Below are positions 49,896 to 59,824 of a stretch of 64,000 nt of DNA, piece after piece; position 1 is the stretch's first letter; every line of letters begins with the position of its first letter. The DNA is from Candidatus Heimdallarchaeota archaeon (lineage in GTDB: Archaea > Asgardarchaeota > Heimdallarchaeia > Hodarchaeales > Hodarchaeaceae). A program made the position numbers and the translations under genes. The DNA lies in the NCBI GenBank assembly GCA_020353515.1, contig CP070695.1, positions 4,721,414 to 4,785,413 on the forward strand, given 5' to 3'. The notes below the pieces were generated by a model, which was given only the letters and a program-made list of their open reading frames with translations, ran no database searches and was not told the origin of the DNA.

Positions 49896-50285
49896 TTATC
49901 CTTGAGCCATAGCTTGCAACGCAAGCTCAATGGTTTTTGTAATACTTTTTAAATAAGGCAACACTTTATTCATCAATTTTGGTTTTGTTCTAATTACGAG
50001 ATATAATCCTGTACCCCCTGTTAGATCATCAACGTAATATACAGTTTCCCCTGTGTTAAGAACAATTGAATCAAGAATTTGATTTACGGATATGAGCTGC
50101 ATTAAAGTATTTTCGAAGGAAGTGATTAGGTGAGCATTCAGACTCTCAAGTATAGGTAAATCATCACACTCTCCCTCATTGTGGATGACCAAACCATCCG
50201 AATCCACAAGAGAAATACAAGTACCAGGTAAATCTATCCCACCGAAAGTTTCCTCCATAACACTGATTATTGTATGAGTCCCCAC
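49896..50285 (-). CDS. Roadblock/LC7 (LAMTOR-like) domain protein
   Basis: ISLVDSDGLVI, helix, SIVLNTGE..YYV, LYLVI, C-terminal helix; 129 aa. Confidence 0.65.
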   Translation of the reverse strand: MGTHTIISVMEETFGGIDLPGTCISLVDSDGLVIHNEGECDDLPILESLNAHLITSFENTLMQLISVNQILDSIVLNTGETVYYVDDLTGGTGLYLVIRTKPKLMNKVLPYLKSITKTIELALQAMAQG

Positions 50286-50409
50286 GGTTTACATCACCAT
50301 TATTCTCTCTTTCAAAAAAAGACATTAATAAATCAAGCCACTGGTTTTAAGAATCTTCCTAAATTTGTGAAAATAGTTAAGATAAATGTCACCTTAGTGA
50401 GAGTTTGAA

Positions 50410-51372
50410 ATGAATAATGTAATTTTTATTCTTCTTGCTGGTGGTGAAGCATCAAGGTATAGAAATTCGTTCAAATCACTCACCAATGGTCACCATGACA
50501 AGCTATTATCTAGGAAAGGTGATTTAAGCCTTCTTGAGTTTGTTTGTGCAGAGTTAAAACCCTTAGGAGATGTTATTGTTGTAACAAGAGGGGAAATGAG
50601 AAAACAAGGATATTTGAAATTATTAGAAAAGAATAATTTGATGGTCATTTCTGAAGATATTGAAAAATCTATTGGACCAATAGGAGGGATTCATTCAGCG
50701 TTAAAATTTTGTAAAAAGGATCAAATAAAATTTATTCTTCCAGCTGACCTTCCAAATATAAGAAGAGACATCATTGCAGAACTTATCACAAGATCATCTC
50801 AATCCAAACACTTTGACCTCATTTCATTGGTACATCCTAATGGCCAATTAGAAAATCTCGTTCTAATAAGCCATGGGGATGTTTTATCTAAAGGGTCTCA
50901 AGTTTTGATAGATCGGGGTATCTTCCGTGTTTCTTCATTGATTCGTCTGATCTTAAAAAAGCGGTTTTTAAATTCTGCATATCTTATCAAGGGGACTCAA
51001 TCTAGCACATTTGTGGATCTTGATTTTTACGAATCTAAATCTAAAATTAATACTTTTACCAATCCTGTTCTAATTTCTCCATTTATAGATTTTGGGTTGG
51101 ATACAGAGATAAAGCAAAAAGATCCAACTATATTATATCACCAATCTCTAGATTTAATCACAAATTCTAAGACAAAACACCAGAATAGAATTCAAGCTAA
51201 AATAATTCTCTTATTAGAAGAATCGAATATTTACAAGAAAAAGGGATTATTATCTCTCTCTCTCCATTGCCTACTTGATGTCTACAAGATAACAAAAGAT
51301 CTTGAAATTAAAAACCAGATTAATTCTTTGATGATGCAGCTTGAGGCTTCTGGAAGAGATATACAAAGTTGA
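50410..51372 (+). CDS. mobA: Molybdenum cofactor guanylyltransferase with C-terminal helical extension
   Basis: LLAGGEASRY, DKL, GPIGGIHSAL, PADLP; convergent with fdhF. Confidence 0.8.
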   Translation: MNNVIFILLAGGEASRYRNSFKSLTNGHHDKLLSRKGDLSLLEFVCAELKPLGDVIVVTRGEMRKQGYLKLLEKNNLMVISEDIEKSIGPIGGIHSALKFCKKDQIKFILPADLPNIRRDIIAELITRSSQSKHFDLISLVHPNGQLENLVLISHGDVLSKGSQVLIDRGIFRVSSLIRLILKKRFLNSAYLIKGTQSSTFVDLDFYESKSKINTFTNPVLISPFIDFGLDTEIKQKDPTILYHQSLDLITNSKTKHQNRIQAKIILLLEESNIYKKKGLLSLSLHCLLDVYKITKDLEIKNQINSLMMQLEASGRDIQS

Positions 51373-51375
51373 CGA

Positions 51376-53835
51376 TCATTCGTTGATCAGTTTATTAGTT
51401 ATTTTAGCACAAATTGAACCAATGGCCTTACGTAAATTTATAATTGTAACATCATCCTCAGTTATCTCGGAGAAAGGTAATGAATGAGTATAACTATTCT
51501 TCGGAGTTGAAAATTCCAGATCAAGAGTGCTATTCTTTGGTTCAACCCTAATTTCTAATTTATCCTTTTTATTAAGCTTGAACGTAATTCTTTGGGTTTT
51601 TGCACCAAAATAAGTTCCACTCCCAATTGGTGCATAACCCTGTTTCACCATTGATTCATAAATGTCCACAGCAAATAAGCGTGCTACCTTAATTGAGAAA
51701 GACTCATCCTCAATTTGATCTGGTTGATCTATGATACATAATTTTGGTGTTGATAATTTGAGCGTGACTGGAATGACCTTAAAACAAGGTGTTTGGCCTA
51801 GTGGATCCACTGCGGAGTCTGCGAGTTTATTAACAAGCGCATCGCTATAATGCCAGGGAACAAAAACATGTCCCTTGATTATATCATCTGTAACCTTCGC
51901 TTTGACCGTAATAGAGCCAAGAGGTGATTTGATTTCTACAGGGTCGTTTTCTTCAATCGCTAAGATTTCTGCATCTCCCTTATTGATTTGTGCAAAAGCA
52001 TGTGGAGCACGTTTTATCAACTTGGGAGAACGACCCGACATGGTCATTGTGTGAAATTGATCACTAATTCTTCCAGTAATCAAGGTGAATGGATAATCAA
52101 CATTCATTTTTTTGTGCATTGGAGGACATGGATAAAATTTCCCTTTACCATCATCAGTAAAGAACTCAGCCTCGTACATATATTGAACCCCATCGGGATA
52201 TTTTTCATTACAAGGCCACTGAACACCTCCTTCCTCAGATGTTTTCATGCGATCATAAGTAATTCCACTATATGTTGAGACAGTCTTTCGGATCTCGTTG
52301 AATATGTCCTCTGAACATGTATAATCAAAAAGTTTTTCATATCCCATCTCTTTCGCTAATTCCATTACAATTTCCCAATCAGCTTTGGCATCCTTAGGTG
52401 GCTCCAACTGTTTAACCGAGTATTGGACCCTCCTTTCAGTATTCGTGAATGTACCTTCTTTTTCAAAGCTACATGCTGCTGGAAGAATGACGGTAGCTAA
52501 CTCCGTCGTTTTATTTGGGAAAATATCTTGGACAACCATAAGTTCTAAATTCTTTAAATTTTGAATAGCATGTGCTAAATCGGGATGAGAATGAGCTGGG
52601 TTTTCTCCTATAATGTATAATGCTTTAATACGTTCTGGAATGGCCGAAATAGCCTCTACTGAAGTTAGGCCCGCACTAGAAGGTAGTTTATCAGGTGAAA
52701 TTCCCCAACCTTCCGCAAAAATCTGTGTATTCTCTTGGTTTACTACTTTATAGCCTGGAAAACAGTCAGGTAAACCCCCAAGATCACAAGCTCCTTGAAC
52801 ATTAACCTGTCCACGTAATGGATTGACTCCAGAACCAGGTTTTCCGTAATTTCCTGTCATCATTGCCAGATTAGCATACTGGCAAATATTCACAACACCA
52901 GTTAAATGCTGAGTTACCCCCATACCCCAAAGGATTGCTGCAGCCTTAGCTTTACCATAAATCAAAGCAACCTCTTTTATTTTATCCTTTGATACCCCAG
53001 TGACCCTCTCGACATCATCAAGATCTACAAGATTCAAGACTCTAATCAGTTCCACATAAGAAAGCATTTTTGTATTCTTTTGGATGAACTCCTCATCTTC
53101 TAAATTTTCATCATAAATCACCTTAAGTAGTCCGTTAACGAAAGCTTGATCTGTTCCAGGAATGATGGGAATGTGTAAATCTGCAAATTTTGCAGTATCA
53201 GATTTTCGTGGATCCACTACAATGATAAAAGGTCTGCCTGTCTTTTTCTTGTGTTTTTTTATGATACTCCAACAGAGTGGATGGCTAGAAGCAGAGTTAG
53301 TTCCTGTAATGAGTAAAACATCTGAATTGGAAGCTATATCATTTATTGAATTAGTCATCACCCCAGCACCAAGATTTTGAGCAAGTCCTACAGCAGTAGT
53401 AGCATGACACAAACGTGCACAGTGATCAACGTTATGTGTTCCTAGGACCACTCGTGCAAATTTCTGCGCAATATAAATCTCTTCGTTCGTAGTTTTAGCA
53501 CTGACAAAAACACCAATCGCTCTAGGCCCATATGTTTCTTTTATTCGTTGGAATTCGATAGCAACATGACCAAGAGCTTGATACCACTCAACTTCATCAA
53601 AACCTCCCTCTCTATTTTTAATTAATGGTTTAGTAAGTCTATCATCTGACTGAATCCAGTCCCCAGAAGTACTACCTTTGATACAGAGATATCTATTGTT
53701 TAAACTGTTTTTACCTGCTCCCCGAGCTTTCAATTTACCCTCCTTTTCTTCAAGTTTTATCTTACATCCACAACCACAATAAGGACATATACTGGATCCT
53801 TCGGAATCCAATGTATTAGATTTGATACTTGTCAT
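51376..53835 (-). CDS. fdhF: Formate dehydrogenase alpha subunit (Cys-type Mo/W-bisPGD) with extra C-terminal domain
   Basis: CPYCGCGC...LCIKG, NVDHCARLCHA, GMGVTQH, PLRGQVNVQGACD, EKEGTFTNTERR, molybdopterin-dinucleotide-binding domain. Confidence 0.94.
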   Translation of the reverse strand: MTSIKSNTLDSEGSSICPYCGCGCKIKLEEKEGKLKARGAGKNSLNNRYLCIKGSTSGDWIQSDDRLTKPLIKNREGGFDEVEWYQALGHVAIEFQRIKETYGPRAIGVFVSAKTTNEEIYIAQKFARVVLGTHNVDHCARLCHATTAVGLAQNLGAGVMTNSINDIASNSDVLLITGTNSASSHPLCWSIIKKHKKKTGRPFIIVVDPRKSDTAKFADLHIPIIPGTDQAFVNGLLKVIYDENLEDEEFIQKNTKMLSYVELIRVLNLVDLDDVERVTGVSKDKIKEVALIYGKAKAAAILWGMGVTQHLTGVVNICQYANLAMMTGNYGKPGSGVNPLRGQVNVQGACDLGGLPDCFPGYKVVNQENTQIFAEGWGISPDKLPSSAGLTSVEAISAIPERIKALYIIGENPAHSHPDLAHAIQNLKNLELMVVQDIFPNKTTELATVILPAACSFEKEGTFTNTERRVQYSVKQLEPPKDAKADWEIVMELAKEMGYEKLFDYTCSEDIFNEIRKTVSTYSGITYDRMKTSEEGGVQWPCNEKYPDGVQYMYEAEFFTDDGKGKFYPCPPMHKKMNVDYPFTLITGRISDQFHTMTMSGRSPKLIKRAPHAFAQINKGDAEILAIEENDPVEIKSPLGSITVKAKVTDDIIKGHVFVPWHYSDALVNKLADSAVDPLGQTPCFKVIPVTLKLSTPKLCIIDQPDQIEDESFSIKVARLFAVDIYESMVKQGYAPIGSGTYFGAKTQRITFKLNKKDKLEIRVEPKNSTLDLEFSTPKNSYTHSLPFSEITEDDVTIINLRKAIGSICAKITNKLINE

Positions 53836-54060
53836 GATTGACTATCATCTTTTATTTCTTTCATTCTCAATCAGAGGTTCTATTGTTCAAAAATCTATCT
53901 AAATCTAGCTTATTTCAAGAAAATTAAGTGTACCTCGGCTATCTTCCACGGCACATCTTTTGAAAATTCTTAAAATTTCTGATCTTCCTTTTTATTATCC
54001 TTTGAATGAAGATTGAAAAGACTTACTCAATATATAAACAATATTTACGATAATATTAAC

Positions 54061-54223
54061 ATGTATCTAGATACATTCAAAATGTCATTTAGGAGGTAGT
54101 ATTCATTTTGAATTCCCAAAGAAATATAAGATATGAAAATTTATTAGTTTAATCTAGACTAATTCCATAAAATACAAATCGAAAGTATTAATGGGAAACA
54201 GAGGGTAATTCATTTTGAATTAC
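54061..54223. promoter_or_regulatory. Palindromic operator-like sites in the divergent fdhF / beta-helix intergenic region
   Basis: ATGTATCTAGATACAT (54061-54076, perfect palindrome); ATTCA-TTT-TGAAT (54101-54113); GTAATTCA-TTT-TGAATTAC (54205-54223). Confidence 0.5.
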
Positions 54224-54325
54224 ACCTTTAATCGATCCTTAACACAATAAATCAGATCTTTAGAATGCATTTCCGAATGAATTCTCTAGAGAAATCATCC
54301 TATAAATCAAAATGAGAAGATTACT

Positions 54326-57300
54326 ATGAAAAGAAAAACAGTAATTGGAATTATGCTTCTTTGTATTATGTTGGGGATTACTCAAATCCTACTTGATGCA
54401 ACAAATCCTACAATAGCTGCTCGAAGGAGAAAATATAGTCCGATCGTAATCGATGGTGATGAAGACTTCGCTAGGAAGGCTAGGAAGAATGGTTGGCCAG
54501 GTAGCGGAACCAGCATAGATCCATATATAATCGAATATTATGATCTTGTTATTCCTTACAAGAAAGGAAAGAAGTCCACTATTCCATCTGTAGCTATCAG
54601 TATCAGTAATACAACTGTATTTTTTGAAATACGTTACAGTACAATAAGTAATTTCAATGGAGAAGTCGATGGAATTTTACTTTGGAATGTTAAACATGGG
54701 AAAATTTACAACAACACTATCTTCAACTTCGTAAATAGCATATTCCTTGTTGGATCAGACTATGTTAATATCACAAATAATAATATCCAGGCATATAGCG
54801 AAAGTACTGCCACCAGTCCCCCCTCGCAGAATATCCGATACAAAGTAAATAAAATTCAAGCCTTCATTAGCCGTGGTGTCTTTCTCGACCCCTCCAATCA
54901 CAACATCATCGTTAATAACAGCATTTCAGGTTTCACAGGAACAGGAGTAGAACTCCTTGACTCCACCAATAACACTATTGATGGAAATGAGATCGATAGC
55001 AGTGCAGGGGAGAACGGGATATTTCTCGCAGGTTCAGACTATAACAATATCACCAATAATGAGATTTATGGTTATTATGACAACAGTCTCCAAGGAAGCC
55101 CCGTCTCACAGAACATCCGATATAAAGTAGATGGAACTCAAGCTTTCATTAGCCGTGGTGTCTTTCTGGATCCCTCCAATCACAACCTTATCGCTAATAA
55201 CAGTATTTCGGGTTTCACAGGAACAGGAGTAGAACTCCTTGACTCTGCTAATAACACCATTGATGGGAATGAGATTGACAGCAGTGTAGGGGAGAATGGG
55301 GTATTTCTCGTAGGCTCAGACTATAACAATATCACTAATAATGAGATTTTTGGCCATGACAACGATCTCCCCGGGAGTCCCGTCTCACAGAACATCCGAT
55401 ACAGAGTAGATAAAACTCAAGCCTTCATTAGCCGTGGCGTCTTTCTGGATCCCTCCAATCACAACCTTATCGCTAATAACAGTATTTCGGGTTTCACAGG
55501 AACAGGAGTGGAACTCCTTGACTCTGCCAATAATACTATTGATGGAAATGAGATTAATAGCAGCGTGGGGGAGAACGGGGTATTTCTCGCAGGCTCAGAC
55601 TATAATAATATCACTAATAATGAGATTTTTGGCCATAACAACAGTCTCCCAAGGAGTCCCGTCTCACAGAACATCCGATACAGAGTAGATGGAACTCAAG
55701 CTTTCATTAGTCGTGGCGTCTTTCTGGATCCCTCCAATCACAACCTTATCGCTAATAACAGTATTTCGGGTTTCACAGGAACAGGAGTAGAACTTCTTGA
55801 CTCTGCCAATAATACTATTGATGGGAATGAGATCGATAGCAGCGTAGGGGAGAACGGGGTATTTCTCGCAGGCTCCGACTATAACAATATCACTAATAAT
55901 GAGATTTCTGGACATAACAACGATCTCCTAGGGAGTCCCGTCTCACAGAACATCCGATACAGAGTAGATGGAACTCAAGCTTTCATTAGTCGTGGCGTCT
56001 TTCTGGATCCCTCTAATCACAACCTTATCGCTAATAACAGTATTTCGGGTTTTACAGGAACAGGAGTAGAACTCCTTGACTCTGCCAATAACACCATCGA
56101 TGGGAATGAAATTGTCAACAGTTTTGGAGAGAATGAGAACGGGGTATTTCTCGTAGGCTCCGACTATAACAATATCACTAATAATGAGATTTACGGTTAT
56201 TATGACGACAGTTCCCCAGGGAGCCCCATCTCACAGAACATCCGATACAGAGTAGATAGAACTCAAGCCTTCATTAGCCGTGGCGTCTTTCTGGATCCCT
56301 CCAATCACAACCTTATCGCTAATAATACTATCTCTAATGTCACAGGAACAGGAGTGGAGCTCCTTAACTCCGCTAATAACACCCTTGATGGGAATGAGAT
56401 TAGTAACAACGCTGAGAATGGTATTCTCCTACAAGGTTCTAGTAATACAAGTGTTTCTCATAATGTAATATATAATGATGATATTTACGGAGTAACTATA
56501 TCTAGTTTCTCTAATAATAATATCATAAATTGGAACGACTTCATTGGGAATAATATTGGAGGAACCTCTCAAATCAACGATGATGGTTCAGAAAATCAAT
56601 TTACTAATAATTTCTTAGTTGATCACGACAACACAGATAGCGATAATGACAGTGTCTCAGATAATCCTTACAATATTGATGGAGATGCAAGTAGTATTGA
56701 CTATAGTCCAAATTCTCTCCCTGTTCAACCTTTAAAAGATTTAGACTTGGCTTTAGCAGATTTAGATGCTGATATAGATTGGGAATCGGAAACTCTGAAT
56801 TTAAAAAATCAAGGAAATTGGGAAACAGTCAAAATATCACTTCCAGAAGGTTATTCAGCAACAAACATTGATGTTAGTTCTATTTATACCCAAGTAGATG
56901 GTGCTGGTAGGCTTTATGCAAACGAAGAAGCCCAAGTTCAAAATCCAAGGACATTGATAGTTAAATTTGACAGACCCGCATTAGTAATCCTCCTGGAATC
57001 AGCATTAACAACTTATCCAGTTGACGTTAATATGAATATTACAGGCTTCTTAAATGGGGAATTTCTAATGTTCTATGGATTGGACATGGTCAAAATACTC
57101 AATGATGTTTCAGAAAGTCCTGTAATGATTATTGATCAGGATAAGGAGACCTCAGATGGTGATCCAACTCAGATATTTATAGATCAAGTTATTAAGCCAA
57201 CTGTAGCTATTCCAGCGAAAATACTTATTAATCAGATCACTTCTGTGTCTCAAATGCCATTTGGATTGACAATCGGTATTCTTTTTGCTCCCATGATTAC

Positions 57301-57337
57301 GACTGTAGTGATCCGCAGATTTCGTACAAAAAAATAA
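54326..57337 (+). CDS. Surface right-handed parallel beta-helix (NosD/pectin-lyase-like) protein with C-terminal TM anchor
   Basis: Signal peptide, PI.IDGD.DF...GWPGSGT..DPYIIE, many N-I-x-x-N-x-I repeats, C-terminal TM helix and basic tail. Confidence 0.9.
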   Translation: MKRKTVIGIMLLCIMLGITQILLDATNPTIAARRRKYSPIVIDGDEDFARKARKNGWPGSGTSIDPYIIEYYDLVIPYKKGKKSTIPSVAISISNTTVFFEIRYSTISNFNGEVDGILLWNVKHGKIYNNTIFNFVNSIFLVGSDYVNITNNNIQAYSESTATSPPSQNIRYKVNKIQAFISRGVFLDPSNHNIIVNNSISGFTGTGVELLDSTNNTIDGNEIDSSAGENGIFLAGSDYNNITNNEIYGYYDNSLQGSPVSQNIRYKVDGTQAFISRGVFLDPSNHNLIANNSISGFTGTGVELLDSANNTIDGNEIDSSVGENGVFLVGSDYNNITNNEIFGHDNDLPGSPVSQNIRYRVDKTQAFISRGVFLDPSNHNLIANNSISGFTGTGVELLDSANNTIDGNEINSSVGENGVFLAGSDYNNITNNEIFGHNNSLPRSPVSQNIRYRVDGTQAFISRGVFLDPSNHNLIANNSISGFTGTGVELLDSANNTIDGNEIDSSVGENGVFLAGSDYNNITNNEISGHNNDLLGSPVSQNIRYRVDGTQAFISRGVFLDPSNHNLIANNSISGFTGTGVELLDSANNTIDGNEIVNSFGENENGVFLVGSDYNNITNNEIYGYYDDSSPGSPISQNIRYRVDRTQAFISRGVFLDPSNHNLIANNTISNVTGTGVELLNSANNTLDGNEISNNAENGILLQGSSNTSVSHNVIYNDDIYGVTISSFSNNNIINWNDFIGNNIGGTSQINDDGSENQFTNNFLVDHDNTDSDNDSVSDNPYNIDGDASSIDYSPNSLPVQPLKDLDLALADLDADIDWESETLNLKNQGNWETVKISLPEGYSATNIDVSSIYTQVDGAGRLYANEEAQVQNPRTLIVKFDRPALVILLESALTTYPVDVNMNITGFLNGEFLMFYGLDMVKILNDVSESPVMIIDQDKETSDGDPTQIFIDQVIKPTVAIPAKILINQITSVSQMPFGLTIGILFAPMITTVVIRRFRTKK
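54827..56400 (+). repeat. Six near-identical tandem repeats of 279-288 nt
   Basis: The Gln codon of SQNIRY recurs at 54827, 55109, 55388, 55667, 55946 and 56234. Confidence 0.92.
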
Positions 57338-57338
57338 C

Positions 57339-57383
57339 TCTGAAGTAGCTTTATCTACTTCAGAATCCATATTTTTTCTTTTT
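57339..57383 (+). terminator. Hairpin terminator
   Basis: TCTGAAGTAG-CTTTAT-CTACTTCAGA directly after the stop codon, followed by T-tracts. Confidence 0.65.
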
Positions 57384-57464
57384 GATTAGGAAGTAGTCAA
57401 TATTCTCAATGAATGGGTAATAATTTAAAATCTGATATATTATTGTAATTCGAGGATAATATTA

Positions 57465-59696
57465 TTGCCAGGTCGTTTTACATCAAGATACTTTGGTCGA
57501 GATAAGTTATCTAATGCTGATTTAGAGAAATTAGAATATCTCAAAAGACAAATCTTGAAATGTTATGACTTTATTCAAAAGGGGAACTATGAAAAGGGGT
57601 TAAATCTGGCAGAACAGACATATAAAGAAAGCGAAGAAAATGAAAACTTCATGAAAAGACCAATAATCGTTGACACTACTATCTGTCAAGGATACGCTTT
57701 ATTAGGGCTTGGGAGGCTTGATGAATGCCTTAATATGGTTGAGAAAGGGGAAAACTTACTTGATTCGGTAGAAAATATCAAGAAAAATGAATTGGTTGAG
57801 AAACAAGCAATAATGAGCGAATTAAAAGCTATACTGTATAGACATAAAGGGAATAATATATTAGCATACGACTTTTTAAACAAATCCTCATCTATAATGG
57901 AAAAACTCAAAGAAAAGGGAAATCAGGCAGGATTACTCAATAATATTGCCATTGTTCATGCTTCTGACAACAAACTTGAATCTGCTCTTGAATTTCTACA
58001 ACAAAGTCTAGCAACATTTGAAGAACTTAATATTGTGCGTCCTAAACTAAAAGTGCTCAATAATATTGGACTTATTCATGCTTTAAAAGGGGAATTGGAT
58101 TCAGCTTTGGAATACTATCAAAAAAGTTTGGATGGAGTTGGAGATCTCAACGATAAACAATCTGAAGCAACTTTACTTATGAATATTGGACAAATTTACC
58201 ACAATAAGGGAGAGATAGAATCTGCAGTAAAATATGGTCAGAAAAGTAGAGAGATATTTGAAAAAATCCAGTCTGCTTATGGAAGGGCAATTTGCCTTAA
58301 CACGCTTGGAATAATACATGAACTTAGAGGAGAGTTGTACGACGCACATGATTTATACACAAAAGGATTCATTTTCTTTAAAGAAGTGGATAACAAACCT
58401 AAAATTGCATTGAGTTACAATAATATTGGTAATACGTATTTAGATGGCGGAGATGTTGACAGAGCGATATCACATTATAATGAAGCGTTAGCGATTTTCA
58501 AAAATGATGGGAGCGATCTTGAAATTTGTATGACACTGTATAATTTAATCTCTGTACATATCCAACGCGGTTTAAAAGAAATTTCACAGCAATATCTACA
58601 AGATCTTCAAAAAATCAATGAAAAAAGGAAAGATAAGATCATCGATCAAATCTATCAACTAGCACGGGCTCTTATCCTGAAAACAAGCGAGAGAGTTGTC
58701 AAACAGGCCGAAGCACAACAAATTTTTCAAAAAATAATAGAAGCAAATGTAAATCATGAATTCACAGTCATTGCTAAGAAAAATCTGTGTGAATTACTCA
58801 TTCAAGAACTTTCCACTTCAGGAGATGAAGAAATTCTTGGTGAAATTAAAGAGATTTCCCAAGAATTATTGTCCATTGCTGAAAAACAACAATCGTCTTC
58901 ATTACTCATTGAAACTTACATTTTACAGTCAAAAATGGCCTTGTTGGAGTTAGACCTAGACATAGCTCGTCAGCTCTTAAGTGATGCCCGACAAAAAGCC
59001 GAAGAAAAAGAATTGCAAAGGTTGGGCGTGATGGTGTCAAGAGAATATGACTCCTTGCTATCACAATTGAGTAAGTGGACGGATCTAGCTGATCGTGATG
59101 TTTCTTTAGCAGAAAGGTTAGAATTAGCAGAACTTGAAAGTATGGTCACCCGTTTAATCAGAAAAAAAGCAGAAATCGACGAACTTTCAGAAGAAGAACC
59201 AGTGTTATTTTTGATCCTAGCTAGGAGTGGAATGAGTATGTTTTCTAAACATTTTATGTCAGAAAGTCTTCTTGTGGATCAACTTATTGGTGGGTTCTTA
59301 ACAGCAATTAATGCTTTTACGCAACAAGCGTTTTCTGATTCAGGTACAATTGAAGGTATTAAACACAGGGAATATACAATCCTTATGAATCCTACAGATC
59401 AGTTACTCTGTTGTTATGTGTTTAAAGGTCCTTCATATTATGCACTCCAGAAATTAAAGAATTTTAGCGAAACAGTGAAAGTTTCAGACGCTATATGGGA
59501 AAAAATGCTAAAAGCCAGTATGATAGGCCAGGATATCTCAGGAGAAAAGGAAATTCAAGATTTAGTATCGAAAATTATTCTCTCGTCTTCCGAGGAAATG
59601 ATTGAAAGTACCTCTGAAGTTTTTTTTGGTCAGAAAATGAATGTACCAATCGAACACGGCATTTTCCTAGACATACCTTTTTTTGATGTCAATTAA
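57465..59696 (+). CDS. TPR-repeat protein with C-terminal longin/roadblock-like domain
   Basis: Repeated LNNIG...KGELD.ALEYYQKSL TPRs; C-terminal FLIL..SG...FS..F...LIGGFLTAINAF...CYVFKG. Confidence 0.88.
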   Translation: MPGRFTSRYFGRDKLSNADLEKLEYLKRQILKCYDFIQKGNYEKGLNLAEQTYKESEENENFMKRPIIVDTTICQGYALLGLGRLDECLNMVEKGENLLDSVENIKKNELVEKQAIMSELKAILYRHKGNNILAYDFLNKSSSIMEKLKEKGNQAGLLNNIAIVHASDNKLESALEFLQQSLATFEELNIVRPKLKVLNNIGLIHALKGELDSALEYYQKSLDGVGDLNDKQSEATLLMNIGQIYHNKGEIESAVKYGQKSREIFEKIQSAYGRAICLNTLGIIHELRGELYDAHDLYTKGFIFFKEVDNKPKIALSYNNIGNTYLDGGDVDRAISHYNEALAIFKNDGSDLEICMTLYNLISVHIQRGLKEISQQYLQDLQKINEKRKDKIIDQIYQLARALILKTSERVVKQAEAQQIFQKIIEANVNHEFTVIAKKNLCELLIQELSTSGDEEILGEIKEISQELLSIAEKQQSSSLLIETYILQSKMALLELDLDIARQLLSDARQKAEEKELQRLGVMVSREYDSLLSQLSKWTDLADRDVSLAERLELAELESMVTRLIRKKAEIDELSEEEPVLFLILARSGMSMFSKHFMSESLLVDQLIGGFLTAINAFTQQAFSDSGTIEGIKHREYTILMNPTDQLLCCYVFKGPSYYALQKLKNFSETVKVSDAIWEKMLKASMIGQDISGEKEIQDLVSKIILSSSEEMIESTSEVFFGQKMNVPIEHGIFLDIPFFDVN

Positions 59697-59824
59697 AATT
59701 TTTAAAGGTTTGATCATTGGTCACTTGCGATCGATCAAATCAAAAATAAAACTGTAAAATCAATCCTTGAAATATCCTTGACCCTTTTTTCGATTTTCAA
59801 GCATTAGCATAACTACAAATAAAA

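Noticed and set aside
53400-53430. Selenocysteine in FdhF
   Set aside because: The active-site codon is Cys (ARLCHA) and there is no in-frame TGA
54827-56400. Regularly spaced repeats as a possible CRISPR array
   Set aside because: Units are 279-288 nt, in frame and protein-coding, with no unique spacers and no cas genes
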